Of a DNA stretch of 64,000 nt, positions 52,956 to 61,855 are shown in pieces. The stretch lies in IMG/VR virus record IMGVR_UViG_3300030372_003954, positions 7,211 to 71,210 of that record; one strand, 5' to 3'. How positions within the stretch are numbered: position 1 is the first letter of the stretch; each line of letters opens with the position of its first letter. The notes beneath the pieces were generated by a model, which did not search any database, was not told the origin of the DNA, and saw nothing but the letters and a program-made list of their open reading frames with translations. A program made the translations under genes and the position numbers. The DNA comes from a virus. Lineage: Duplodnaviria; Caudoviricetes.

Positions 52956-55229
52956 ATGGCTGAAAACGACATCCTCAACCCCAAAGTCTTGAGAGCGCAC
53001 TTAGACGCGCACGACAAGAACTCACGAGAACAGGCCAAAGATTGGCGTCTGTACAAAGAGACGTATCTGACAAGATTTTGGGAGACGTATCAGGGCGGCA
53101 ACGCCCGCACGATGCAGGACCTGCCCAGTCAGATTCAAATCGAAGTCAACCGTCTTTATGGGATTATTGAGTCGTATGTAGCGGCTTTGTACCCCAAGGC
53201 GGCTCGCGTGGTTGTAGGCCCTGGCCCTACTCTTGGCGGCGATGCTACCAAGGTAGAGATGGTTGCAAACAAATGGTTGAACCAAAATAGAACACACCTC
53301 CGTGTGTTGAAGGCTATCCGACAGGGTTTGTTGTACCCCGGCTCAGGCATCAAGGTGGGTGTTGACGATGGGCCTGGTGATGTTTTGGACCGGGTTTGGT
53401 TCCGAGTCATCCCGTATTGGGAGATGGTTCTCGACTCAGACGTCTATGATGAAGAAGATGCCCGCTTTGTAGGTCATGTTTACTATCGACCACTACGCGA
53501 AGTTGAAGACCAATATGGTTTGTCAGGTTTGGTTGGTCAGCCCCGAGAAGACTTTCTCGATGGAAACGCCCACACCTCGTACAACAACAACAAGCGAAAA
53601 GGTAAAAAGAACAAGCAAGAGTACGACCCAGCAGAGGATCTTTTTGTGCGGGTGTATGAGGTCTGCAATCTGATTGACACCTATCAATCAGAAGAAGGAG
53701 CGATGCGTGGGAAGTTCGAAGTCTTCTTGCTTGATCAGGGAGAGGAGTTTGAGGAGCCTATTTTTAGTGGCCCTATGCCCTATTCTACTCGTGCAGGGGA
53801 TCCTCTTCCGCACATTGTGCCGTTGATTTTTAATCAAGAACCAGAGTTTCCATTGCGAGGCATTAGTCACGCATCGAGATTGTTTCCTCAGATTCAAGAA
53901 ATCAACGTGTTTCGCTCATTCCGGGCAAACGCTGCACGACGTGATTCTCGTCAATACCTTGCCTTAGATGGAGTGCTTACCGCAGATCAGATGAGTTTGA
54001 TTACTGCGGGTGTTGATGGTTTGGTCATTCCTGTTGAAGACGGTCGACTCAACGGTCGAGCGCTGAACAACGTGATTGTTCCGATTCAGAACGCACAGAT
54101 TTCCCCGAACATCATGAACTACGAGATGCAGGCGGAGTCCGACTTGGAGCGTGCTGCTGGAACTAGTCCAAATGCTTACGGGGGTGTGACTAAAGCAACT
54201 GCAACAGAAGTGATGAACCTACGAGACTACACAGAGTCTGAGTATGGCCGTCACGCAATGATTAAGGACAACTGGGTAGCCCAAGTTGTTCATGTGTTCT
54301 TAAGAGCTATCGTTGCCTCGATGGAGGCCCCCCTTCGCGACTTTGGCATGGAGTACAAGCGCGAAATCATTGACGTCGATGATGTTGAGCAGAAGGAGGA
54401 GCAGGCAGAGAGCGCGATGGGTGAGGCCGAAGACCAGATTGAAGAGGTCGAGGAAACGGTTCAAGAAGTTGCGGAAGATGCTGCGGAAGAAGCTGAAGAT
54501 GGGGAGGCTGTAGTTGTTCAAGCCACTGCCGAAATTGATGTTGAAATGCCTCCCGAGCCCGACGTCATCCGCATCAAGTCTGGTCCCGACATTATTGAGA
54601 TTACCGTTGAGGACCTGGAAGGTGATTTCCAAATCGAGGTTGTAGACTCTCGACGCACGCCGTTTTCGGACCAGGCTGTTCGTGACGCTGTACTTCAGTT
54701 GCTCCAGCCTTTGCAACAGCTTTGGGCGCTTATCCAAAAAGGTGGGCCCGAGGCGGTTCTTGCAAAAGCGCAAATGGAAGCAATCGTTGAGAAGTTTGAC
54801 TTGCCGAAAGATATGCATCCAGAGGCTTTGGATATAGCATTGCAAGAAATGACGGCAGAGCAAGCCCAGAAAGAAGCAGAGATGGGTGCTCCACCACCAC
54901 AGGCTCCACCAGGACCACAGGGACCACAGGGACCACCGACGGGACCGCCTCCCCAAGGCCCGCCACAAGCGGGTCCGCCTCCCACGCCGCAGGCAGCCCC
55001 GCCACAAGGCCCTCCGCCCCCTCCACAGGGCGGGGGGCTACCCCCTGAAGCAATCCAGCAGCTTCTTGCGATGCCCCCCGGCCAAGCAATCCAGCAGCTT
55101 ATTGAACTGTTTACTCAGAGCGGAGCCCCGCCAGAAATTATTCAACAGTTGCAACAAGCATTACAAATGCCCGAAGATCAACAAAGACAGTTACTTGAAG
55201 GTCTTCTACAGCAGCTTGGTGGTCAATAA
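52956..55229 (+). CDS. Portal protein with acidic insert and Pro/Gln tail
   Basis: IEVNRLYGIIESYVAALYPK; KVGVD; VFNQEP..LRGIS; G.TKATATEV; between terminase and scaffold. Confidence 0.82.
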   Translation: MAENDILNPKVLRAHLDAHDKNSREQAKDWRLYKETYLTRFWETYQGGNARTMQDLPSQIQIEVNRLYGIIESYVAALYPKAARVVVGPGPTLGGDATKVEMVANKWLNQNRTHLRVLKAIRQGLLYPGSGIKVGVDDGPGDVLDRVWFRVIPYWEMVLDSDVYDEEDARFVGHVYYRPLREVEDQYGLSGLVGQPREDFLDGNAHTSYNNNKRKGKKNKQEYDPAEDLFVRVYEVCNLIDTYQSEEGAMRGKFEVFLLDQGEEFEEPIFSGPMPYSTRAGDPLPHIVPLIFNQEPEFPLRGISHASRLFPQIQEINVFRSFRANAARRDSRQYLALDGVLTADQMSLITAGVDGLVIPVEDGRLNGRALNNVIVPIQNAQISPNIMNYEMQAESDLERAAGTSPNAYGGVTKATATEVMNLRDYTESEYGRHAMIKDNWVAQVVHVFLRAIVASMEAPLRDFGMEYKREIIDVDDVEQKEEQAESAMGEAEDQIEEVEETVQEVAEDAAEEAEDGEAVVVQATAEIDVEMPPEPDVIRIKSGPDIIEITVEDLEGDFQIEVVDSRRTPFSDQAVRDAVLQLLQPLQQLWALIQKGGPEAVLAKAQMEAIVEKFDLPKDMHPEALDIALQEMTAEQAQKEAEMGAPPPQAPPGPQGPQGPPTGPPPQGPPQAGPPPTPQAAPPQGPPPPPQGGGLPPEAIQQLLAMPPGQAIQQLIELFTQSGAPPEIIQQLQQALQMPEDQQRQLLEGLLQQLGGQ

Positions 55230-55852
55230 TGCCTATTTACAGTTTTGATTGTGTTGAGTGTAAACACGAGACAGAGATTTTTTGCGGCATAGAGTCTCGA
55301 CCTGATGTGATTGAGTGCGAGAAATGTAATGCCGAGGCCATTTGGAGAAGCATCAACTGGCAGCCGCCTCCACAACCAAAAAACCAACATGTTGTTTATG
55401 GGGTTGGAAAAAGCGCCGACGAGTACCTAAAAAAAGAAAGGCTTGTTCAATACAAGTGCGACAAATGTGGGCATGGAAACTTCGAGTGGTTTGCGGGCAC
55501 TCCACCTAAACAAATTGATTGTGAGCAAGAAAATTGTTCTGGTAAATGCTCGCGGGTTTACAAAGTAAAACTCGATATGCACTGGGCTCGCTTCCCCTAT
55601 TACGACCGTGGTCTTGGGGTTATTTTGAAGTCGGAACAGCACCGGCAAGAGATTTGTCGTCAGAGAGGACTCACGCCAGTAGATGGTGATTGGGACCTGG
55701 CTGGCGAGATTAGTAAGAATGAAGCAAAGGTTGAAGAGGAAAAAGAAACCTATAGGGATTACTATGACAGGGTTCATAATGATCCTGCGTACAAGGATTT
55801 CCGAAAAGCCCAAGATCAAGGTCAAATCGACCAGCTACTACCGCCAGATTGA
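55229..55852 (+). CDS. FmdB-like double zinc-ribbon protein
   Basis: MPIYSFDCVEC...CEKC and YKCDKC...CEQENC. Confidence 0.75.
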   Translation: MPIYSFDCVECKHETEIFCGIESRPDVIECEKCNAEAIWRSINWQPPPQPKNQHVVYGVGKSADEYLKKERLVQYKCDKCGHGNFEWFAGTPPKQIDCEQENCSGKCSRVYKVKLDMHWARFPYYDRGLGVILKSEQHRQEICRQRGLTPVDGDWDLAGEISKNEAKVEEEKETYRDYYDRVHNDPAYKDFRKAQDQGQIDQLLPPD

Positions 55853-55865
55853 ATAGGAGTTCAAG

Positions 55866-56489
55866 ATGCCGTCGCACTACAACGAAGCCCAAGGTCAAAT
55901 GGGACCAGGAATGGATCCAGGGATGGGACCAGGAATGGCACCACCCCAAGGAGGCATGGGCCCAAGCCCTGAAGAGATCGAACAGCTTCGAGCGCAAGAA
56001 GCCGATCTTCAGATGCAAGAGCTTGCAATGGGAGCCCCGCCCCCTGAGAAGCCCTACACGCTAAAGACTATTTCGATGTTTTCAGACCAGCTTGATAAGA
56101 CGCTTGATGCGCTTGCTGGCACTGATGTTGAGATTCCTGCTTGGGAGCCTGACGAGAGCTTGGTCGAAAAGGGCAACCGTTGGCCTGAGCCGCTTCCCCC
56201 AGAGGTCTTTGCTCCTGCGGTGGCGCTTGTAGAAGCAATTCGGTTTATTGACGAGGAAGGAAAGTTCGAAAAGTTTATGTTTGACCCAGACGGCTTGACC
56301 TCAGACAATGCACTGAAGGCTGCTGCTGGCAAACTTAAAATGATGGAGAAGGACAAGAATCTTGCCCAAGAACTCCAGAATCCCCCAGGCGAAGAAGCAA
56401 TGGCTGAAGGCGCTGAGCCTCCACCTATGCCCGAAGGTGAGGACGCTCCGATGTCCCCCGACGAAGAGCTTCTTGCAGAAAACATGTAG
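55866..56489 (+). CDS. Acidic Pro/Met-rich head-region protein
   Basis: GMDPGMGPGMAPP N-terminus; between portal and scaffold. Confidence 0.7.
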   Translation: MPSHYNEAQGQMGPGMDPGMGPGMAPPQGGMGPSPEEIEQLRAQEADLQMQELAMGAPPPEKPYTLKTISMFSDQLDKTLDALAGTDVEIPAWEPDESLVEKGNRWPEPLPPEVFAPAVALVEAIRFIDEEGKFEKFMFDPDGLTSDNALKAAAGKLKMMEKDKNLAQELQNPPGEEAMAEGAEPPPMPEGEDAPMSPDEELLAENM

Positions 56490-56500
56490 CTTACACTCTT

Positions 56501-56556
56501 GCTCTACATGGTGTAGAGCTTTACAATCGTTTTGTACGGGATCCCTTGACCGTACA
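56501..56556 (+). promoter_or_regulatory. Two hairpins ahead of the scaffold RBS
   Basis: GCTCTACA/TGTAGAGC at 56501-56519 and TGTACGG/CCGTACA at 56533-56556. Confidence 0.45.
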
Positions 56557-56568
56557 TAAGGAGACAAA

Positions 56569-57564
56569 ATGGCAGATACGGAACTGAGCAACTCTACCGC
56601 TGATGGTGGAGCCGTTGCATCTAACGGTGTCTCAGCCCAACCTGTAGCCGATGTGGCTACCAATGATGCAGCCTCGGGCAACATCATCGAGCAGGTTAAT
56701 GCGGCTGGAACTCGCGATAGCGCGGCAACATCTGAAAGTGAGTCAGGGACTCGGGGCACCAATGATGCTGATGCTGGTGCTCAACCAGATCGTGCATTCG
56801 ATCTATTGACATCAGTATTACCGGAAGACGAGACTTTCTCGTTGGATGGTTTCTACAAGGGAATCAAACCGGAGCATCTGGAGAAGTTGGACCCGCTTTC
56901 GAAGCAGGTCATCCACAATCTTCGTCGTGACTATCACAACAAGCGTCAACGAGATTCATCTAAGGCTCGTGATCTTGAGGCCAGCTATCAGACGAGACTG
57001 GACGAGTTGAGTGAAAAAGAGCGTGCTCTTACCACTCGGCAAAGTGCCTTTGCTCAAATGATTGAAGACCCCAAGCTCAAGGAGATTCTTTCGAAGCCCG
57101 AGTCAGAGCTTCCTGATCTTCTGAGTCCTGAAGGAATCGAGGCACGCATTGAGCGTGCTGCTGCTGAGAAGCTCAACCAGTTGGTACAACCAATTGCTGA
57201 GCATTCTGAGCGTGAAACTCGACGCATGGCTCTCAAAGACTTTACGCAAGCACATCCTGAAATGAATGATGCAAGCTTTCGTGGAGATGTTGCAGAGCTT
57301 ATTCGTCAACGACGCGCATCGGGGTTCGATATTAGCACCCCTGATGCATTCGAACTGGTAAGAGCACAACGTGCAGTAGATGAGCGTCAGCGAGTCGAAG
57401 CACGTCAGCGTCAGGTTCGAGCGGCTAGTGCGCGACAGATTGGGAAGTCCAAAGCGAATGCGGCAAAGTCTTCAGGTCCTCCAAAAGGAGCCAGAGCCCA
57501 AGAGATTTATGCTTGGGTAAAGGCAAATCAAGAAGAGGCTAAGCGTCTTGCTGGTCTCAAATAA
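56569..57564 (+). CDS. Capsid scaffolding protein
   Basis: Disordered N-terminus, long coiled coil, DY..K.Q motif; directly before the MCP. Confidence 0.8.
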   Translation: MADTELSNSTADGGAVASNGVSAQPVADVATNDAASGNIIEQVNAAGTRDSAATSESESGTRGTNDADAGAQPDRAFDLLTSVLPEDETFSLDGFYKGIKPEHLEKLDPLSKQVIHNLRRDYHNKRQRDSSKARDLEASYQTRLDELSEKERALTTRQSAFAQMIEDPKLKEILSKPESELPDLLSPEGIEARIERAAAEKLNQLVQPIAEHSERETRRMALKDFTQAHPEMNDASFRGDVAELIRQRRASGFDISTPDAFELVRAQRAVDERQRVEARQRQVRAASARQIGKSKANAAKSSGPPKGARAQEIYAWVKANQEEAKRLAGLK

Positions 57565-57583
57565 CTAAGCCCCGAGGACTAAA

Positions 57584-58642
57584 ATGGCTGTTACACAGGC
57601 TACTGGCCTAAACATTACCGACGAGCTTCTCTCGTCGACTTTGTATCTGCTCGCGGAAGACTTCCGTGACAACCTTGCCCGCACGACGGCGCTGATTGAC
57701 GTTCATGAAGATGTTCATGGAAAAGGTCAGCCCCAGGTTGAGGGTGGAACCCGCTACATCGAGCCCCTTGGCTTTGGTGAGCACAGCAACGCAACTCGTA
57801 TGCAGACTGGATACGAGAAGCTTAACTTGACCGTGGCCGATGTTCTTCTGCCAGCGGTGTACACTCCCGCACACACCACGATGCCGATTGCCATCTCTAA
57901 GGATGAGGAAATCAAGAACCGTGGTGAAGCTGCTGTGATTAGCATCCTTGATGCTCGCACTAAGGCTGTGATGGGTGCTATGCGCCGTAACCTCCTCCGT
58001 AAGACGGTTGAGGGTGTGGACGCTGGTGGTTTCGCTGACTGGAACACCTTGAATGGAGCAACTGCTGCTACATTCACTGGTTTTCTTGAGGAGAACGCTA
58101 TTGGCGCTCAGGCTAACGTCGTTGGTGGTGTCTCCAAGGCTACCTACTCTGGTATTCCTGGCTGGCAGAACCAAGTGGCAAACATCAACAACAGCTTCAA
58201 TGCTAATGGACTTCAGGGTCTTGTTGACTTGCGTGTTGAAACTTCTGCTGTGTCCCCTGGTGGTGAGCCTCACATTTGGCTTGCATCCCGCCAAGGAGCG
58301 AAGAACCTCAAGCGTTCGTTGCGTGCATTTGAGCGCTACGTCGATGAGTCCAAGCTCGATGGTGGCCGCATGATTCAGATGTGGGACGGTATCCGCATGG
58401 AGACCGAGTACTACATGCCCACCAACACCGCGACTCACACCACGGCTGTCATCAGCTTCTACTTGCTGAACCTCGATGACATCCACTACGTCTTCGATAG
58501 CGAAGGATACTTCGATGTGTCCCCGTTCGAGAAGATTAGCGGTGAGTACGATGTTCGTTCAGCAAATGTCCGTCTCTACGGCCAGCTTGTTGCTAAGCAC
58601 CTCGGATCGTCAGGCATTGCCTATGACGGTGAAACCTTCTAA
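57584..58642 (+). CDS. Major capsid protein
   Basis: LLSSTL...F.DNL; GG..I.EPL.FG; I.ISKDEEIKNRG..AVI.IL.A....V...M; GG.S.ATY..WQNQ. Confidence 0.88.
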   Translation: MAVTQATGLNITDELLSSTLYLLAEDFRDNLARTTALIDVHEDVHGKGQPQVEGGTRYIEPLGFGEHSNATRMQTGYEKLNLTVADVLLPAVYTPAHTTMPIAISKDEEIKNRGEAAVISILDARTKAVMGAMRRNLLRKTVEGVDAGGFADWNTLNGATAATFTGFLEENAIGAQANVVGGVSKATYSGIPGWQNQVANINNSFNANGLQGLVDLRVETSAVSPGGEPHIWLASRQGAKNLKRSLRAFERYVDESKLDGGRMIQMWDGIRMETEYYMPTNTATHTTAVISFYLLNLDDIHYVFDSEGYFDVSPFEKISGEYDVRSANVRLYGQLVAKHLGSSGIAYDGETF

Positions 58643-58665
58643 TAAAAGTTTAAAGGAGCTTTAAA

Positions 58666-59121
58666 ATGAGTATTTTGAAACGAGATGGCGGCAACGGCGT
58701 CATTGCCTACCCCAAAAAGATTGTGAGCGCACTGGCCAATGGAACCATTGCAGTTGGCAATGTTGTGAAAGTCGAAACTGACGTTAGCGCGGATCCAGAT
58801 CCCGACACCTATGGTGCCGCTGGTTTTGTCGTGACAGTTACGGCTGAAAACAACTCGCCTCTTGCATGCGGAGTCGCTGTGACTGCTGCTGCTGATGGTG
58901 AGGTGGTGCAAATCCAGGTTTCTGGATTTAACAGCACCTGCACACCAATCAGCGAAGCGATTGCTATCGGATCCACGGTTGGATCCGCTGCCAGCGGAGA
59001 AATCCGTGAGGGAGACACCCACAGCAATACAGCACAACCGTTTGCGGTTTGTGTGAACGACTTCACAAGCGCTACTGCTGACGGTGCAATTCTTATCATT
59101 GATAAGGGCTGGTTCTATTGA
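58666..59121 (+). CDS. Capsid cement/decoration protein
   Basis: AN.TIAVG.VV...GVAVTAAADGE.V.IQ..G; follows the MCP. Confidence 0.7.
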   Translation: MSILKRDGGNGVIAYPKKIVSALANGTIAVGNVVKVETDVSADPDPDTYGAAGFVVTVTAENNSPLACGVAVTAAADGEVVQIQVSGFNSTCTPISEAIAIGSTVGSAASGEIREGDTHSNTAQPFAVCVNDFTSATADGAILIIDKGWFY

Positions 59122-59145
59122 TCACAGCTTTGTTGTGACTTTGAG

Positions 59146-59182
59146 GCCCCTCGGGAGATATACTTTCGAGGGGCTTTCTTTT
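59146..59182 (+). terminator. Intrinsic terminator after the capsid genes
   Basis: GCCCCTCG...CGAGGGGC followed by TTTCTTTT. Confidence 0.75.
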
Positions 59183-59192
59183 AGGAAGGAAC

Positions 59193-60482
59193 ATGATTCT
59201 CAAAGACATCATTGAAGAAGTGAATGGTCTTCTTGACCACAATCCAAATGTCAGCACTCATGAGAACCATGTAGTGCGACTTATCAACAGGCATTACGAG
59301 GAGCTTTGTAGCTCTCATCCTTGGCGTTTTTTGCAGGAGCGTGCTGAGCAGCAGCTTTATCAAGACGTTCAGGGTGCTGCGGGAACAACCCTGACGTTGG
59401 CTAACAACAGCAAGTTAGTCACGGCAGCAGCCGGTGCTTGGCTCCATACGGGCATGGAGGGTGCGGTAATCGAAGATACGACCAACAGCATTGAGTATCG
59501 GATCGATTCTGTTGTGAGTACCACCACGGCATTCTTGGCGGCTCCGACAGGAGCGTCGGGTGCGCTTACTGCAACCGCAGATTTCAAAGTGAAGTGGGAC
59601 AAAATTAAACTGCCCAGGGACATGGTAGACTTTTTGGGGATTACCATTCGAGATGAAATCTTTGGACAAGCAGCTAACTCGCGTGACCGTAGGCTTGTGT
59701 ATGTAGACTCCAGAACTGAAGAGGACCTACTTTTAGACCACACATCTTCTGGAGACACAATCATCATCACGGATGATGACTCCGACCGCACCTTAAACAA
59801 CGACCTTACTCTCACCGCAACAGTAGGGGCGGGGGGCACTCTGACACATGGCACTAAGTTTGAGTACTGCGCTACTCTTGAAAGAGAGGGTATTGAGTCT
59901 GCGCCAAGCCCAGTAGTGAGCGGTACGATTGCGGCCTCTGGTTCGAATCGTACAATCACTATTGGTGGTTTGCCGGACGACAGCGGCGTTGACGTTTATA
60001 GAAAACGAATCTATCGAAGAAACGCAACCGCTAAAACTGGTTGGTTTCAAGTTTTCGAGGTCATTCCAGCTACTTCACCCTCCTCATTTTTTAATGACGA
60101 TGGGTCATTCCCGTTGGATTATGAGCGCCCTCTTTACTACGAGGGGCCTCGTGACACTATGCGCCTTTATCGTCGACCCGACGTCGACATTAAGTGTGAG
60201 ATTCGGTACATGCGCCGTCCACCTCGGCTCGTAGGGAACAACGATGAGCCACAGATTCCGCCGCAGTACCACGTCATTTTGGTTTACAAAACAGTCGCGG
60301 ATCTTTACCTGCAATACGGACAAGGCAGCATTTCAAACATCTATGAAGTCAAAGCACAAGAGCGCATTCAAAACATGAAAAAGCGCTACCTTGATCGAAC
60401 TGATAGACTGTACAGGAAAGGACAATTTCAAGAAATGCCGAGTGGTTATGCCTACCTATACGGCGATCCGGTGAAGACCTGA
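59193..60482 (+). CDS. Head-tail adaptor / tail tubular-like protein with insertion
   Basis: LINRHYEEL...PW.FL; DDEPQIPPQYH.ILVY...A..Y; Ig/FN3-like middle region. Confidence 0.7.
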   Translation: MILKDIIEEVNGLLDHNPNVSTHENHVVRLINRHYEELCSSHPWRFLQERAEQQLYQDVQGAAGTTLTLANNSKLVTAAAGAWLHTGMEGAVIEDTTNSIEYRIDSVVSTTTAFLAAPTGASGALTATADFKVKWDKIKLPRDMVDFLGITIRDEIFGQAANSRDRRLVYVDSRTEEDLLLDHTSSGDTIIITDDDSDRTLNNDLTLTATVGAGGTLTHGTKFEYCATLEREGIESAPSPVVSGTIAASGSNRTITIGGLPDDSGVDVYRKRIYRRNATAKTGWFQVFEVIPATSPSSFFNDDGSFPLDYERPLYYEGPRDTMRLYRRPDVDIKCEIRYMRRPPRLVGNNDEPQIPPQYHVILVYKTVADLYLQYGQGSISNIYEVKAQERIQNMKKRYLDRTDRLYRKGQFQEMPSGYAYLYGDPVKT

Positions 60483-60766
60483 TGGGACGATTTTACGAAA
60501 CACAGATGAGAAGGTTCAAGCTTCTTGGTGCCTCAAAGAAGGCAAAAGAAGACGAGCCTATGGTTGATCCAATGCCTGAGCCCTCAGAAGAGGAAAAGAA
60601 ACAGGCACAGGCTCAAAAACGAAAGATGCAAAAGATGGAGGAGTATTCTAACATTTTTGCCAAAATGGGTAACCCTTACCCAGAGCTTGACGACCCAGAC
60701 GAGCGACTCGTAGAAACAGACGACGACGTTTTGTTGGCTGGTCTTCGGGCATTCGAAACTTACTAA
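60482..60766 (+). CDS. Hypothetical protein
   Basis: TGATG coupling. Confidence 0.6.
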   Translation: MGRFYETQMRRFKLLGASKKAKEDEPMVDPMPEPSEEEKKQAQAQKRKMQKMEEYSNIFAKMGNPYPELDDPDERLVETDDDVLLAGLRAFETY

Positions 60767-60779
60767 CAAAGAGGGTCTT

Positions 60780-61196
60780 GTGAAAAACTTCCCGCTTAAG
60801 AACGCTAATCAAGCTGGGCAAAAAGCATTTCAAACTGCCACAGCCAACAACGGTCAGTTGCCTGGGAACTCGTTTATCACCACGGCTCGTGGACAAAAAA
60901 GATTTCCTGGTCGAAAGTCGGTAGGTGTTGAGCCCACCCAAAAGTCTACACAAGCACCTGAGCTTGCTAACAGAATCAACGCTCAAGAGCTTAGCAAGGC
61001 TCGCATACAAGGGTATCGAAACAGGATTCAGAACTTGGCGAGTCAAGCAAACGATCAACAGGTTGTTGAGGAGTACGAACAAATTCTTAAAGAAGCGCGA
61101 GCGTATCAAGACTCATTGGCTGAAGAGACCATGAGGAACGATATGGAGGTTTTTGAGCGCGACAAGAAACTTCTTCAAAACGGAATGATGCGGTAG
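60780..61196 (+). CDS. Coiled-coil protein
   Basis: GTG start after AGAGGG. Confidence 0.6.
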   Translation: MKNFPLKNANQAGQKAFQTATANNGQLPGNSFITTARGQKRFPGRKSVGVEPTQKSTQAPELANRINAQELSKARIQGYRNRIQNLASQANDQQVVEEYEQILKEARAYQDSLAEETMRNDMEVFERDKKLLQNGMMR

Positions 61197-61198
61197 AT

Positions 61199-61852
61199 AT
61201 GGCCGGAACAAAGTCAATGGAGCAGCGACTCGATGAGTGGTGGGAGAAACACTACGGGGACACCTACGGTCAAGAGATAGCCGAGGACGCCCCACAAGAG
61301 GTTGAGGAGGAACCGCCACGCTTTGTTAGCTTTGGAGAGGGTCCTGAGACCTTGGTGCAGCTTACTCCAAACCTGGATGACCCTGATGTCGTCGGACGCA
61401 GCGACAACGCATACCAAGGCAGTCTAAAGGCTATGGCTCAGTACGGCGATTCCTTTATTAAGTTTGGTCAGCAGTATGATGTCGATCCCTACTTGTTAGC
61501 CAGCATCGCTGGTTTAGAGTCAGGCGGAAATGCTGATGCAGTTGGGCCAACCAACGACCTTGGTCTGATGCAGTTTACACCAGGCGCATGGCAAGACATG
61601 ATGCCGGGGCGCTCTTTAGACGAAAGGCTTGACCCGCACCTTTCCATTGAAGCGGCGGCGAAACTAATCGTCGACAACAGAAACTCTTTAAAAAGCGAAG
61701 ACCTGGCTGTGCTTGCTTACAATGTTGGCCGCTCAAAGGTCAGGCAAATCATCAGTGGAGACTCTGAATTTCCTGGTAAGTCACGATACTATTGGCCAGT
61801 TGTTACTCTGACATACGAGCGACTTAGGCAAACAATGAACAAGCAGGAGTAA
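61199..61852 (+). CDS. Virion-associated lytic transglycosylase (SLT)
   Basis: IAGLESGGN..A....D.GLMQF; D...SIEAAAK; A.LAYN.G. Confidence 0.88.
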   Translation: MAGTKSMEQRLDEWWEKHYGDTYGQEIAEDAPQEVEEEPPRFVSFGEGPETLVQLTPNLDDPDVVGRSDNAYQGSLKAMAQYGDSFIKFGQQYDVDPYLLASIAGLESGGNADAVGPTNDLGLMQFTPGAWQDMMPGRSLDERLDPHLSIEAAAKLIVDNRNSLKSEDLAVLAYNVGRSKVRQIISGDSEFPGKSRYYWPVVTLTYERLRQTMNKQE

Positions 61853-61855
61853 GAA

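Noticed and set aside
55890-55970. GGAATGGATCCAGGG-type repeats as a CRISPR or VNTR
   Set aside because: In-frame GM(D/G/A)P peptide repeats with no spacers
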